Source: an uncultured Candidatus Bathyarchaeia archaeon (GTDB taxonomy: Archaea; Thermoproteota; Bathyarchaeia; Bathyarchaeales; Bathyarchaeaceae). Taken from it: a DNA stretch of 64,000 nucleotides. The stretch is from positions 12,662-76,661 of the forward strand of contig CAYNQS010000007.1 in the NCBI GenBank assembly GCA_964399485.1. The letters are read 5' to 3'. The notes under the pieces are model-generated. The model did not search any database. It worked only from the letters and a program-made list of their open reading frames with translations, and had not been told where the DNA came from. A program made the translations under genes and the position numbers. Shown here one piece after another: positions 54,791 to 63,900 of the stretch. Positions within the stretch are counted from its first letter, which is position 1. Each line of letters begins with the position of its first letter.

Positions 54791-55030
54791 TTACCACCCC
54801 TCGGTTGGTGGAACTGGAGCGGTTATTCTTGCCCAAATAGCCTTAGCAAAGTCCTCGGTTAGCCCCAAATCATTCATACATATAGCTACGAACGCTGACA
54901 TGTCTGCTGCGTTAAATGCTGCTGCAAGAGCATCAAAATATCTGTCATCTAATAGCCTACTTACTTTTTCAGCGTATTTCAGCGCTTTACAATGCCGATC
55001 TTCTTTTCTTGAAACCATTTTTTTGCTCAT
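54791..55030 (-). CDS. 79-aa small protein with a Nif11-like helical pattern, copy 2
   Basis: ..RYFDALAAAFNAADMSAFVAICMNDLGLTEDFAKAIWARITAPVPPTEGW. Same position and orientation as 35028-35264 relative to the PPS-like and MFS genes. Confidence 0.45.
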   Translation of the reverse strand: MSKKMVSRKEDRHCKALKYAEKVSRLLDDRYFDALAAAFNAADMSAFVAICMNDLGLTEDFAKAIWARITAPVPPTEGW

Positions 55031-55082
55031 CCCTCCTTAAAAATGAATAATTATATAAACTACAAAAATCGATATTTAGCTT

Positions 55083-56354
55083 TTGGGGTTACATCTACTG
55101 TATATACAGTTCATCACACAGATAAAGGCTCTTAGATCAAAAAAAATCATTGCCATTAGCATCATCAATGCCAGTAATCTTGCATGGTATTTCGTCATCC
55201 GTAATCAATTTGACACATTATTTCAGGTCTCTTCAGGCGATAAAACATGGATTTACATTGGTAGTGCATTATTCTACTTTTTTGCAGCGTTATCAGCAAT
55301 AATTGGATGTGCCTTAACTTCAAAAGTAAGTCATAAAAAATTTTTGTGGAGTTGGGTAACCTTTGGAGCGGTTACCCAAGGATGTTTGATTTTATTTAAG
55401 GAAGAAATCGTCAGTATAATTTTTGGACCACTCTTAGGCATTTCATTAGGATTGGGATTCCCATACACTCTGACGATGTTTTCAGATTGCACAGATCTTG
55501 AGGAAAGGGGGCGAAGTTCTGGAATTTATTTACTTCTGTCATTTTTTATGATCGCTTGCGCCATGGTAGCGAATAATGCTTTAAGCTTGGGATTATTTGA
55601 AACGATTATTGTGCTAATGATCATAAAATCAACAGGCTTTTTAGCATTGATTCTGGATGACTGTACTGGAGGCGCCAAGAAAAAGCATAAGAAAAAAAGT
55701 GAATCTTGGTTTTCCGTCTTGAGACAAAAAGATTTTGGTTTGTATTTTTTCCCCTGGTTGATGTTCCTTATAGCTGTTGTACTCACAGACCATCTCGTAT
55801 GGGCTGATCTTCAGAAAAATTTAGATTATTTAAGGATGATGGAAATTGCCAGACCACTAAATTATGCAGGTACTGCCATTTTCGGCTTAATATCAGGTAT
55901 AATAACTGACCGCTTCGGACGAAAACTCCCAATTATTATTGGATTAATAATCTTTGGATTTAGTTCTGCACTTTTGGGGATAGCTCCTTCCGAAATAAGT
56001 GTATTTGTACACATGATGACTATTGGGGTGGCTTTTGGATTTCTTATGGTGACTTATACAGTTATTCCTGGTGACATAGCTTCTAACTCGAAAGAAAAAT
56101 TTTATGCATTAATCGGGGTTATACCCTTGACCATTTATGGAGGCATTGGAGCTATCCCGCGTGCGTTTAATTTGACTGTTGGTGCAAACATTGTTTCTCC
56201 AATCTTAAGTGCAATACTTTTTCTTTCAATTCTGCCAGTGTTACAAGCACCAGAAACATTACCTCAAAAGATAATAAATGCACGGAAAATCAAAGAACAT
56301 ATGAAGAAAGTAGGTGAACTGATGGAAAAGGAAAAAAAGAAGGAAAAATCCTGA
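55083..56354 (+). CDS. Atypical MFS-type permease, copy 2
   Basis: Polytopic. SGIITDRFGRKLPI motif-A-like loop, and DLEERGRSSG matching SVERGRVSG of copy 1. Lys-rich tail; TTG start. Confidence 0.65.
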   Translation: MGLHLLYIQFITQIKALRSKKIIAISIINASNLAWYFVIRNQFDTLFQVSSGDKTWIYIGSALFYFFAALSAIIGCALTSKVSHKKFLWSWVTFGAVTQGCLILFKEEIVSIIFGPLLGISLGLGFPYTLTMFSDCTDLEERGRSSGIYLLLSFFMIACAMVANNALSLGLFETIIVLMIIKSTGFLALILDDCTGGAKKKHKKKSESWFSVLRQKDFGLYFFPWLMFLIAVVLTDHLVWADLQKNLDYLRMMEIARPLNYAGTAIFGLISGIITDRFGRKLPIIIGLIIFGFSSALLGIAPSEISVFVHMMTIGVAFGFLMVTYTVIPGDIASNSKEKFYALIGVIPLTIYGGIGAIPRAFNLTVGANIVSPILSAILFLSILPVLQAPETLPQKIINARKIKEHMKKVGELMEKEKKKEKS

Positions 56355-56593
56355 AATTAGTTTTTTTAATACTGTTAGGTCATTAGACAATAATCATTTC
56401 AAAAAATAGGCATTTCTTCAGAACGATCGTTTCTTGCGAAAGGTAGCTATTAGGTGTTTAGCATTAACATTATGCATTGTGAGAGACAATTAAAGATGTG
56501 GTTTTCAGATCATATGGGGATAAACCTTTAATTTTCGTTTTAGAATCTCTTTATTTAATTCTTCTACTATAGATTTCTAACATCTGATGAGCT

Positions 56594-57067
56594 CTAAATT
56601 GGAACGAAAAAATACAAAATGTAGAATGCCAAAGTTAGAATCCATCCCATTGATAATACAAAAGGCATCCATTCAGAAATAATATCACTGAGCTTGGGAT
56701 TGTTCTCATATTTAGTATCTAATAAACTTGATAAAAGAGGGCTTGTTCTTTCTTCCAAGGTTAACAAGTTAAGGGCTTTTCTAGTTTTACGAATCTGATT
56801 AGCATTGGATCTCCCCCAGACAATGTTTATACTAACCCCTGTTAAGCAAATTACTACAGGAATCATAGCATGCCAACTTTCCAATTTAAAGTCTCTAAGC
56901 AAAGTTGCAATGCCGCCAAACAGAAAGGATTGCGCGGCAATTAGGATGTTCGATCGATCACTTAGTTTTTTGTCTTGATGTAATATTAATTCTTTAGTAT
57001 CATTTGTCAACTTGGCTTTTGCCCCCATGGTGGGTAAACAGAATAGTTCGTATCCTGTATTTATCAT
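56594..57067 (-). CDS. Membrane protein, unknown function
   Basis: 157-aa ORF with 3-4 hydrophobic segments. Confidence 0.45.
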   Translation of the reverse strand: MINTGYELFCLPTMGAKAKLTNDTKELILHQDKKLSDRSNILIAAQSFLFGGIATLLRDFKLESWHAMIPVVICLTGVSINIVWGRSNANQIRKTRKALNLLTLEERTSPLLSSLLDTKYENNPKLSDIISEWMPFVLSMGWILTLAFYILYFFVPI

Positions 57068-57257
57068 TTTTGATTATTATTACCATGTTTGAATTTAATG
57101 ATTTTAAATGATTCTAAGTATTAATGAATTTAGTTTTTGAGCATACATAGTAACCAATCACCGTACCTACTAGACCTGATAGAGTTGCTGCAAGAAGTTC
57201 AAGAGTTTCAATTCTATCAACTATAGGTATAACTAAAGTGATACTGTTAAGTTATTC

Positions 57258-57436
57258 GTTAACAGTCCTCCAGAAAATCCAACATCTGACCAAATTGCGC
57301 AAGCAGTCATAGACCAGATGCCAGAATATCCACAACCAACAGTAATGCCAGAATACACCACAATCGACATCATCTTGTTGTACTAGTTGCAGTAGCTATC
57401 GCTCTCTGCATAATCCTGTTGCTTGGGAAAAAATAG
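57258..57436 (+). pseudogene. Frameshifted remnant (or tiny gene) encoding a Pro/Glu-rich stretch with a repeated MPEY motif, then a TM helix and a KK tail
   Basis: Own reading. Frame 0: ..PPENPTSDQIAQAVIDQMPEYPQPTVMPEYTTIDIILLY stop (57384-57386). The +2 frame continues VVLVAVAIALCIILLLGKK stop (57434-57436). Confidence 0.25.
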
Positions 57437-57643
57437 ACAAAAAAATTTCTTGCCCTCTTTTATACACGCCTGAGACCCTGCCTATAGACAAAATTCGCCA
57501 AAGAAGATTTGAAAAGCATCTTAGAAAGGTCAAAAAATTGGTTAAGGAAGAAAGAAATAGAAGTGACAGTTAGAGGTTGCAAGCACAAACCATTTAATTC
57601 TTTTACCCCATCTTTCCTTAGGAGCTATTCCTATTAAGGATAG

Positions 57644-58480
57644 GTGCAGAAATTGAGTATAGAAAAAACCTTAGCTTTTCACTCATACAAAGGTGGAACA
57701 GGGAAAACAACGCTTGTAACAAATCTCGCCGCAACTTTTGCTATGATGGGAATGAGGGTTTGCCTTTTAGATTTCGATTTATACGCTCCAAGTCTAACGA
57801 TATACTTTCGAAAGACACCAGAGTCATACTTAAACGAGCTTCTCGCTGGCGAAGCAGAGATATCAGACATCCTCGTTGATGTAAGCTCCGAGCAAGGACT
57901 AAAGGGAAAACTCTTCATAGGATTCTCAAGTCCAAAAAAAGAGGATATTCACGAAATTGAGATCCACCATGATATGAAATGGCAATTTGCCGCTTTGAGA
58001 AGATTTCTAGCAGCAAAGAAAGAGTTATTCTCAGAATATAAAATCGATTATCTTATTCTTGATACCAGCCCAGGCATCAGATACTGGGCCATAAACGCCA
58101 TAGCAGCAGCGAACCTTCTCTTTCTCATGATGAAAGTCAATGAGATGGATATTGTAGGCACAAAAAAAATGATTACAGAAATATATGATTCATTAATTAA
58201 ATTCGGTTCAAAATACTTCATAATTCTAAACAAAATCCCCGGAGCTTCTCCACTTCAAGAATTCCAAGTAGAGGTAAATGAGCGAATGATGTCGGAGATC
58301 GAAGAATGCATTGGACCAAAAGTAATAGGAGCCATTCCCTGTTTTTGTGAAATTCAATTTAACAAACATGAATTTCTTTATGCTATCAAACAGCCAAAGC
58401 ATCAATTCTCGAAAAGTGTGCTTGATATCGCTAACAAAATTGAAGGAATAGATCAAAGAATTCAAAGTGATGAAGAATGA
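57644..58480 (+). CDS. ParA/MinD-family P-loop ATPase (copy 2)
   Basis: LAFHSYKGGTGKTTLVTNLA deviant Walker A, ..YLILDTSPG.. and ..IGAIPCFCE.. (copy 1 has IGTIPCYCD). Confidence 0.8.
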   Translation: MQKLSIEKTLAFHSYKGGTGKTTLVTNLAATFAMMGMRVCLLDFDLYAPSLTIYFRKTPESYLNELLAGEAEISDILVDVSSEQGLKGKLFIGFSSPKKEDIHEIEIHHDMKWQFAALRRFLAAKKELFSEYKIDYLILDTSPGIRYWAINAIAAANLLFLMMKVNEMDIVGTKKMITEIYDSLIKFGSKYFIILNKIPGASPLQEFQVEVNERMMSEIEECIGPKVIGAIPCFCEIQFNKHEFLYAIKQPKHQFSKSVLDIANKIEGIDQRIQSDEE

Positions 58481-59325
58481 AACCCTATGATGTTTTTCCT
58501 GGTTCCAGAAGGTTAGTCAAAGGAGCGATTCCTCCTTCATCGTTGTTACTGATTGGACCATCAGGTGTTGGGAAAACCATATTCTGTAAACAGTTCATAT
58601 ACAACGGTCTCCTCATGGGCGAACCTTGTATCTATATAACCACAAATGAATCGCCAGAAGAAATAGAGAAATCAATGAAAAGCTTTAGTTTTGACTTTGA
58701 ACCCTACAAAGACAATAAAATATTTCGTGTTGTTGATGGTTGTTCTTGGAAATTAGGGGGAGAATCTTCAAGCGAGTATGCTGTTGACAGCCAACACGAC
58801 TATTTGACGGGGCTTTCAATAGAAATCAAAAAAGCAAAACAGGATTTAAACAATATCCGTCTAGTGTTAGATTCTGTTTCCGAGCTTACTTCACTGTGTG
58901 ACCACAATGCTGTTTTGAATTTTCTACAAATCCTTACCGCTAGAACACGAACAGAAGGGGGTAAGGCTATTTGCACTGTTGCTTCCGGGGCTCATGATGA
59001 CCATTTCATGAATTTGTTACGTTTAACATGTGATGGAGTTTTAGAGATGAAGGTGGATGATTCAGGGAAGGAATTTAAGAGGCTTCTTAGAATCTTCTCA
59101 CTTAGGGGGGTCAAGCATAAAACAAATTGGACGCCTTTTGAGATAACTGACAAAGGAATAGTAGTAAGGAGCGAAACTGAACTCAGATGTGTATTATGTT
59201 CAAAACTGATCGATTGGGAACCAATTACCAAAATAATTGACGGAAAGAAATACTGCTTTGACACCTTGGATTGCGCTAACACATATAAGAAATTCAAAAG
59301 CATTTACGGCAATAGCTTTGAGTAA
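58477..59325 (+). CDS. KaiC/RecA-superfamily ATPase with a C-terminal TRASH/YHS-like Cys motif
   Basis: LLLIGPSGVGKTIFCKQF Walker A, and C-terminal CVLCSKLIDWEPITKIIDGKKYCFDTLDCANTYKKF. Its start overlaps the ParA-like stop by 4 nt. Confidence 0.75.
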   Translation: MKPYDVFPGSRRLVKGAIPPSSLLLIGPSGVGKTIFCKQFIYNGLLMGEPCIYITTNESPEEIEKSMKSFSFDFEPYKDNKIFRVVDGCSWKLGGESSSEYAVDSQHDYLTGLSIEIKKAKQDLNNIRLVLDSVSELTSLCDHNAVLNFLQILTARTRTEGGKAICTVASGAHDDHFMNLLRLTCDGVLEMKVDDSGKEFKRLLRIFSLRGVKHKTNWTPFEITDKGIVVRSETELRCVLCSKLIDWEPITKIIDGKKYCFDTLDCANTYKKFKSIYGNSFE

Positions 59326-59482
59326 CACTTAAAATCGCCTAATTTCTCAAACAATACAAAAGAAGGGCTTATTTCCAGTATTAGGGTCTAAAGCTCCATA
59401 TCCGTGAGTAAGGCATGAAATAAATGTCAATTATAGCGGGGTGATATTCTCGGATAAAATCCGACTTCACAATAACTGGAAT

Positions 59483-60649
59483 TCAACTTTTTTGTTTCTT
59501 CAGCCGCCTTTTCAGTTTTTTGAAAAGCCGTCTAAGCCACAAGACCGCGTCTGGAGTTCCGTACCGCTTGATTTCAATCGCGTCGTGTTCGCATTCAATA
59601 TAACACTCTAAACATTTAGTACACTCAGCAGATCCTCTTGCTTTCAATGGACCGATACCTTGGGGACAAACACTTTTACAGGTTATTTGACCCGAGCGTG
59701 CACACTCACCACAAGAGCTCAAACTATAGCGTTCGCCCGTCTTGGGATCCTCTTTCACAACGGGCTTACCGACTTTCACGGTTGGCTTTAAAAATGGATT
59801 GAATCGTGCACCAATCTTCATGAGTGCCCCTAAGGGACAGATTTTTCTGCACCAATACCTTTTCTCCCTTAAACTTAAAAGAACTGCGACAACTGGAATT
59901 GCCCAAAATTCAACTATGAATGGCATCATTTTTCCTGTCATCCTAGTCCACGCCTTCAGGTGAAACATGCCTTGGGATAATATCCCTATTGGGCATATAC
60001 TGCACCAAATGGGAAACCGAAGAATTGCGGAACCCACAAGCGCAGTAACTAAAAGTCCATTTGCTACTGTGGCATTTTTGTTGGCTAAGAATTTTCCAAA
60101 AGGACATGTTGGGCAAGCAAATCTGGATTTCTGTTTATTTTTCTCTATGTTTCGCTTTAACCGCTCTTCTCGTTTCATGTTTGTCTTGGGCATGAATCGC
60201 TCAACACCTTTATCGAAGCCCTCTATAATTGTCCCCAATGGGCAGACCCAACTGCAGAACATGGATCCTAATAAAAATATTAAAACGAAAAAAAGTAATA
60301 CTGCTGATGAGAGTGCAAAGAGAAGCCACGATAATTGAAGCCCACTCGCGGGCGGGTTACCCGCCGTCAGTAGAACCTCCAAGCCTCCAACGGGGCAAAC
60401 TACCCATGCGCCTGGTCCTAAGTAGGACCAAGAAACTAATATCAAGCTGCAGACAGATTGACCATAGTCCAACCAATAAAGAGGAGGCTCAGTCAGTCCT
60501 CCAACAGTTAAGCTATAGACGGGTAATCTATATACTCCGGGATCAGAGAAAAATTTGACAGGCAATATGAAGATTAATAGGAACGCTATTTTAACCGACC
60601 ATCTCAAATATCTAAGAGTTTTTTTTCGAGCGTCTTTTTTTTGGCTCAA
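59483..60649 (-). CDS. Membrane-bound polyferredoxin (NapH/MauN-like 4Fe-4S protein)
   Basis: Several TM segments plus CSWVCPLG, CSICPIG, CRKICPLG and a C-terminal CTKCLECYIECEHDA. Confidence 0.7.
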   Translation of the reverse strand: MSQKKDARKKTLRYLRWSVKIAFLLIFILPVKFFSDPGVYRLPVYSLTVGGLTEPPLYWLDYGQSVCSLILVSWSYLGPGAWVVCPVGGLEVLLTAGNPPASGLQLSWLLFALSSAVLLFFVLIFLLGSMFCSWVCPLGTIIEGFDKGVERFMPKTNMKREERLKRNIEKNKQKSRFACPTCPFGKFLANKNATVANGLLVTALVGSAILRFPIWCSICPIGILSQGMFHLKAWTRMTGKMMPFIVEFWAIPVVAVLLSLREKRYWCRKICPLGALMKIGARFNPFLKPTVKVGKPVVKEDPKTGERYSLSSCGECARSGQITCKSVCPQGIGPLKARGSAECTKCLECYIECEHDAIEIKRYGTPDAVLWLRRLFKKLKRRLKKQKS

Positions 60650-60938
60650 ACTCTTCCTTTCAACTCCCCTTTGATTTGTTCACCTGTTGATGAGCATGTT
60701 TCGATAGAAATGAAGCTCGTCCATTTCTCTTTTAGTAGAATTTCAGTTGTTTGTTTTATGTTGTATTAAAAATTTACCGAAGCATATTCAATAATTCTTT
60801 GAAGTTAATTTAGGCTTATGTGCGCACGCAGGAGTTTTTATCTTCTAAAAAAATTTTTGGCTAACAGATTTGATGTGTGATTATTGATTAGAATAATAAA
60901 ACGGTAAACTTCAATTTTTCAAGGTAATTTATCGATGT

Positions 60939-61319
60939 CTAAAATTTTACCATTAAGTAAAGATTGCCTTGCCCATCTCGTGCTCCAATACCTATTGTAT
61001 TATTGGCAGCAATGATTTTTTTATTACTAAAGATGTCTTGTACAGTGTTAACACCACAATCGCAAGCTAAGACTACCAAAATATCCGCGTCAAATTTTGG
61101 TCTTTTTACTAAATCAATGTTACAAGCCATCGGAACTACAGCCGTGTTTATTACATCATATCCATCATTCTTTAATCTCTCTGCCAATTCTTCCATTTTT
61201 TTCTGCCCGCCGGTTTCACAAACTCTAGCACAAGAATTACAAGAAACGATTCCAATCTTTTTCCACTTTTTGAGCATACCCTTGATTACGCCGTAGGGCT
61301 TAGAATTCGTAATAATCAT
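60939..61319 (-). CDS. Small Cys-rich protein, unknown function
   Basis: 126 aa with SCNSCARVCETGG and LACDCG motifs. Confidence 0.45.
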   Translation of the reverse strand: MIITNSKPYGVIKGMLKKWKKIGIVSCNSCARVCETGGQKKMEELAERLKNDGYDVINTAVVPMACNIDLVKRPKFDADILVVLACDCGVNTVQDIFSNKKIIAANNTIGIGARDGQGNLYLMVKF

Positions 61320-61463
61320 CTCATCACCCGCAACATACTTTGGAATTTAAGTGTTTAAATCACTTCCGATGTTCTAATTTCTTTTTGACTAGGTTGATTT
61401 TCGCAAACACCAATGCTCGAATATAAAAAGCGCACGTGTTAATGTTAATCTGGTTTTCCAGAG

Positions 61464-62219
61464 TTACCTTTTTCCGAACAGCTTTAAGTCAGGAAAGACT
61501 TCAATACCATTCCGATCTATTGTATAAGGCACCAAGTTTGTGTTGATTTTAATTTCTCTCATTTTTTCCACCTGTAAAGCCCTTGACATAACTCCATCAG
61601 AAAACAGAGTTTGAATCATAATAACTCCATGCGCCAAATATTCTTCAATTGAAACACTCCGGTCAAGACTCAATCGACTTAGTTCTGTTGTGATGATAGT
61701 GGTGACTCCTAACTCGGACAAAGATTCAAACAAATCTACAACAGCGATTCTGCGTTCGACAGGATCTGGAAATCGATAGAAAAGTGTAGCCAGTGTATCC
61801 AGCGCAACTCTTTTTGCATCCATCTGTTGAATCCTTGTTTCCAGTTCCTCAACCAATTTATCAATTGGCAGTTGCTTGCCTCGTAAAACGCTAACTTCTC
61901 CATACAATTTCTCTTTCAGTAGACTCGCTCTTGCCATTCTGGTGGCATCTAAGAAAGCAAATTTTTCTTCTTCTTCCGCTTTCTTGAAATCCCATCCAAA
62001 ATTCTTCATTTCAGAATAGAAATGATCTTTACTTTCATCCAAACTAACGAAGATACCATTTTCTTGGTAATCATCGATTCCCTTATATAGAAATTGAGAC
62101 GCAAAAATAGTCTTTCCTGTCCCAGGTCCTCCTACAACTAAAATCACTCTCCCATCAGGAAATCCACCACTGATCAACTCATCTAACCCTTGAACTCCCG
62201 TAGCAACAACTTTTGACAA
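61464..62219 (-). CDS. Single-domain KaiC-like RecA-superfamily ATPase
   Basis: GVQGLDELISGGFPDGRVILVVGGPGTGKTIFASQFL..; 251 aa. Confidence 0.8.
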   Translation of the reverse strand: MSKVVATGVQGLDELISGGFPDGRVILVVGGPGTGKTIFASQFLYKGIDDYQENGIFVSLDESKDHFYSEMKNFGWDFKKAEEEEKFAFLDATRMARASLLKEKLYGEVSVLRGKQLPIDKLVEELETRIQQMDAKRVALDTLATLFYRFPDPVERRIAVVDLFESLSELGVTTIITTELSRLSLDRSVSIEEYLAHGVIMIQTLFSDGVMSRALQVEKMREIKINTNLVPYTIDRNGIEVFPDLKLFGKR

Positions 62220-62317
62220 AATAACTTCACCTTTTAATAGTTAAGAGGCTTTGACTACCTTTTATAACTTATGTAAATCGACATAGAAGTCTTTAAGAAA
62301 TCAATAAAGCTCCAAGC

Positions 62318-62923
62318 CTAACCTGACTTCTGATTATCCTGCCATCTCTGGTATAGGTTGTGCTCAATCCCTAGGACATCCAAGATTCTTCCAACAACAA
62401 AATCCACCAAAGCTTCAATGCTCTTCGGCTTATGATAGTAGGCGGGCATCGCCGGAACAATTATGGCGCCCTGATTTGCGAGCACTAACATGTTCCTGAG
62501 ATGAATAGTATTCAAGGGAGTTTCTCTGGGCACAAGAACCAGTTTCCTTTTTTCTTTAAGTGCCACATCAGCTGCTCTCAAGATCACGTTTTCTGCGAAT
62601 CCGTTAGCGATTCCTGCCAAGGTTTTCATGCTGCAAGGAGCAATCACCATACCATCCGTTTTAAACGATCCGCTCACAATAGGGGAACTCCAATCATTAA
62701 CTTCATAGACGTGGTTAGCCAATTTCTCAAGTGACTCTTTGGTGGTGCCAAGTTCGTGTGCAATTATTTTTTCTGCGGCTTGGCTGATAACTAGATGCGT
62801 ATCAACTTTTTTGTTACGTAATACTTCTAGCAGGCGTTTGCCGTAGATAACGCCGCTGGCTCCGGTTATCGCTAATACTAGTTTCACATGAGCACCTGCT
62901 ATTATTCTCTGCTTGTTGTTCAC
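62318..62923 (-). CDS. ubiX: Flavin prenyltransferase UbiX
   Basis: LVLAITGASGVIYG..MVIAPCSMKTLAGIANG..LVLVPRETPL. Confidence 0.9.
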   Translation of the reverse strand: MNNKQRIIAGAHVKLVLAITGASGVIYGKRLLEVLRNKKVDTHLVISQAAEKIIAHELGTTKESLEKLANHVYEVNDWSSPIVSGSFKTDGMVIAPCSMKTLAGIANGFAENVILRAADVALKEKRKLVLVPRETPLNTIHLRNMLVLANQGAIIVPAMPAYYHKPKSIEALVDFVVGRILDVLGIEHNLYQRWQDNQKSG

Positions 62924-62954
62924 TAAAGCCTTTTGGAAAAATGAAAAGCTGGAA

Positions 62955-63611
62955 TCACTCGCTTTTGTTGTTGTTCGGTTCGGCTGCTAACGTAGGAATT
63001 CTTCGAAAAATTATTAGCCCAAGTATTAGAGACGCAATCAGATCAATTATTCCTTGTATAGTATTCCAGAAAGCCACTTCACCGATGTATGCTCCTAATC
63101 CGATAAGACCTAATGAGTTTCCGAAGAAGCTTAACGTCTCTGCGCTAGAGAACATGCCAATTATTGCATCAGTTGTCATCCCAAAGAAAAAGGGTATTGC
63201 AAAATAGAAATTGAAGATAACTGTAACTATGGCTCGGACAATAAGTGCCAAAGCACCTGCCAGCACAAAAAGCCGCTTGTTTTCCAGAAACTGTTTTGTT
63301 CCATCTGTTTTCCATGCAAAAATGGCTGGAATAAGAAACATCCAGATGCTTGCCACAGATTTCATTGTGGCTCCCACCCAGCCTCCAGCGAAGGGACCTA
63401 AAACGCCTACAAGAGGTGCGCTGATCAGCATGCTTAGGATGGCGGGTTTGAGACCAAAGATTATCCAGCAAAGTATCCAGGGGACGGCTACGAGGTCTAT
63501 TCGTATGCCCCAGGGTGTTACGAAAATTGGGGGGAGGATCTGCAGGATTACTGCTAGTGGTGCTAGTAGGGTGGCGCCTGCGATTTTTATTGTTGGTCTG
63601 TTGAGGTTCAT
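62955..63611 (-). CDS. Polytopic membrane protein (possibly ECF S-component-like)
   Basis: 218 aa with about 6 TM segments. The family assignment is tentative. Confidence 0.45.
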   Translation of the reverse strand: MNLNRPTIKIAGATLLAPLAVILQILPPIFVTPWGIRIDLVAVPWILCWIIFGLKPAILSMLISAPLVGVLGPFAGGWVGATMKSVASIWMFLIPAIFAWKTDGTKQFLENKRLFVLAGALALIVRAIVTVIFNFYFAIPFFFGMTTDAIIGMFSSAETLSFFGNSLGLIGLGAYIGEVAFWNTIQGIIDLIASLILGLIIFRRIPTLAAEPNNNKSE

Positions 63612-63900
63612 GGTTGATCTTCCGGTAGATGGTTTCTATTTTCTTAACTTATTTAAGAGTAACTACCCATAAATGGGTATAATTCCGTTTTCAACAAAAG
63701 GTTTTAAAGAATTCGCTTCAATCTTAAGGTAAAGAACAACAGTTAACTGTCAAACTTTAATTTTTGGAGAATCTCAGATTTTACCCTTTTTCTATTTTTT
63801 CTCTATGTAGGGGATGGAATGGGGTAAGTAAATAAAAGGTAAAAACTCGCATACATCAATTTTAGTTTAGCATGTGGCAGTAGCTTTGATTCGGGGCTGG

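Noticed and set aside
57068-57250. Minus-strand reading ..VDRIETLELLAATLSGLVGTVIGYYVCSKTKFINT
   Set aside because: There is no canonical start codon in frame after the upstream stop. It is probably debris rather than a gene.
60680-60760. UGAUGA (box C-like) sequence suggesting a C/D box sRNA in the gap upstream of the polyferredoxin gene
   Set aside because: No CUGA box D lies at a suitable distance downstream and no terminal pairing is present. Only a short hairpin is there.
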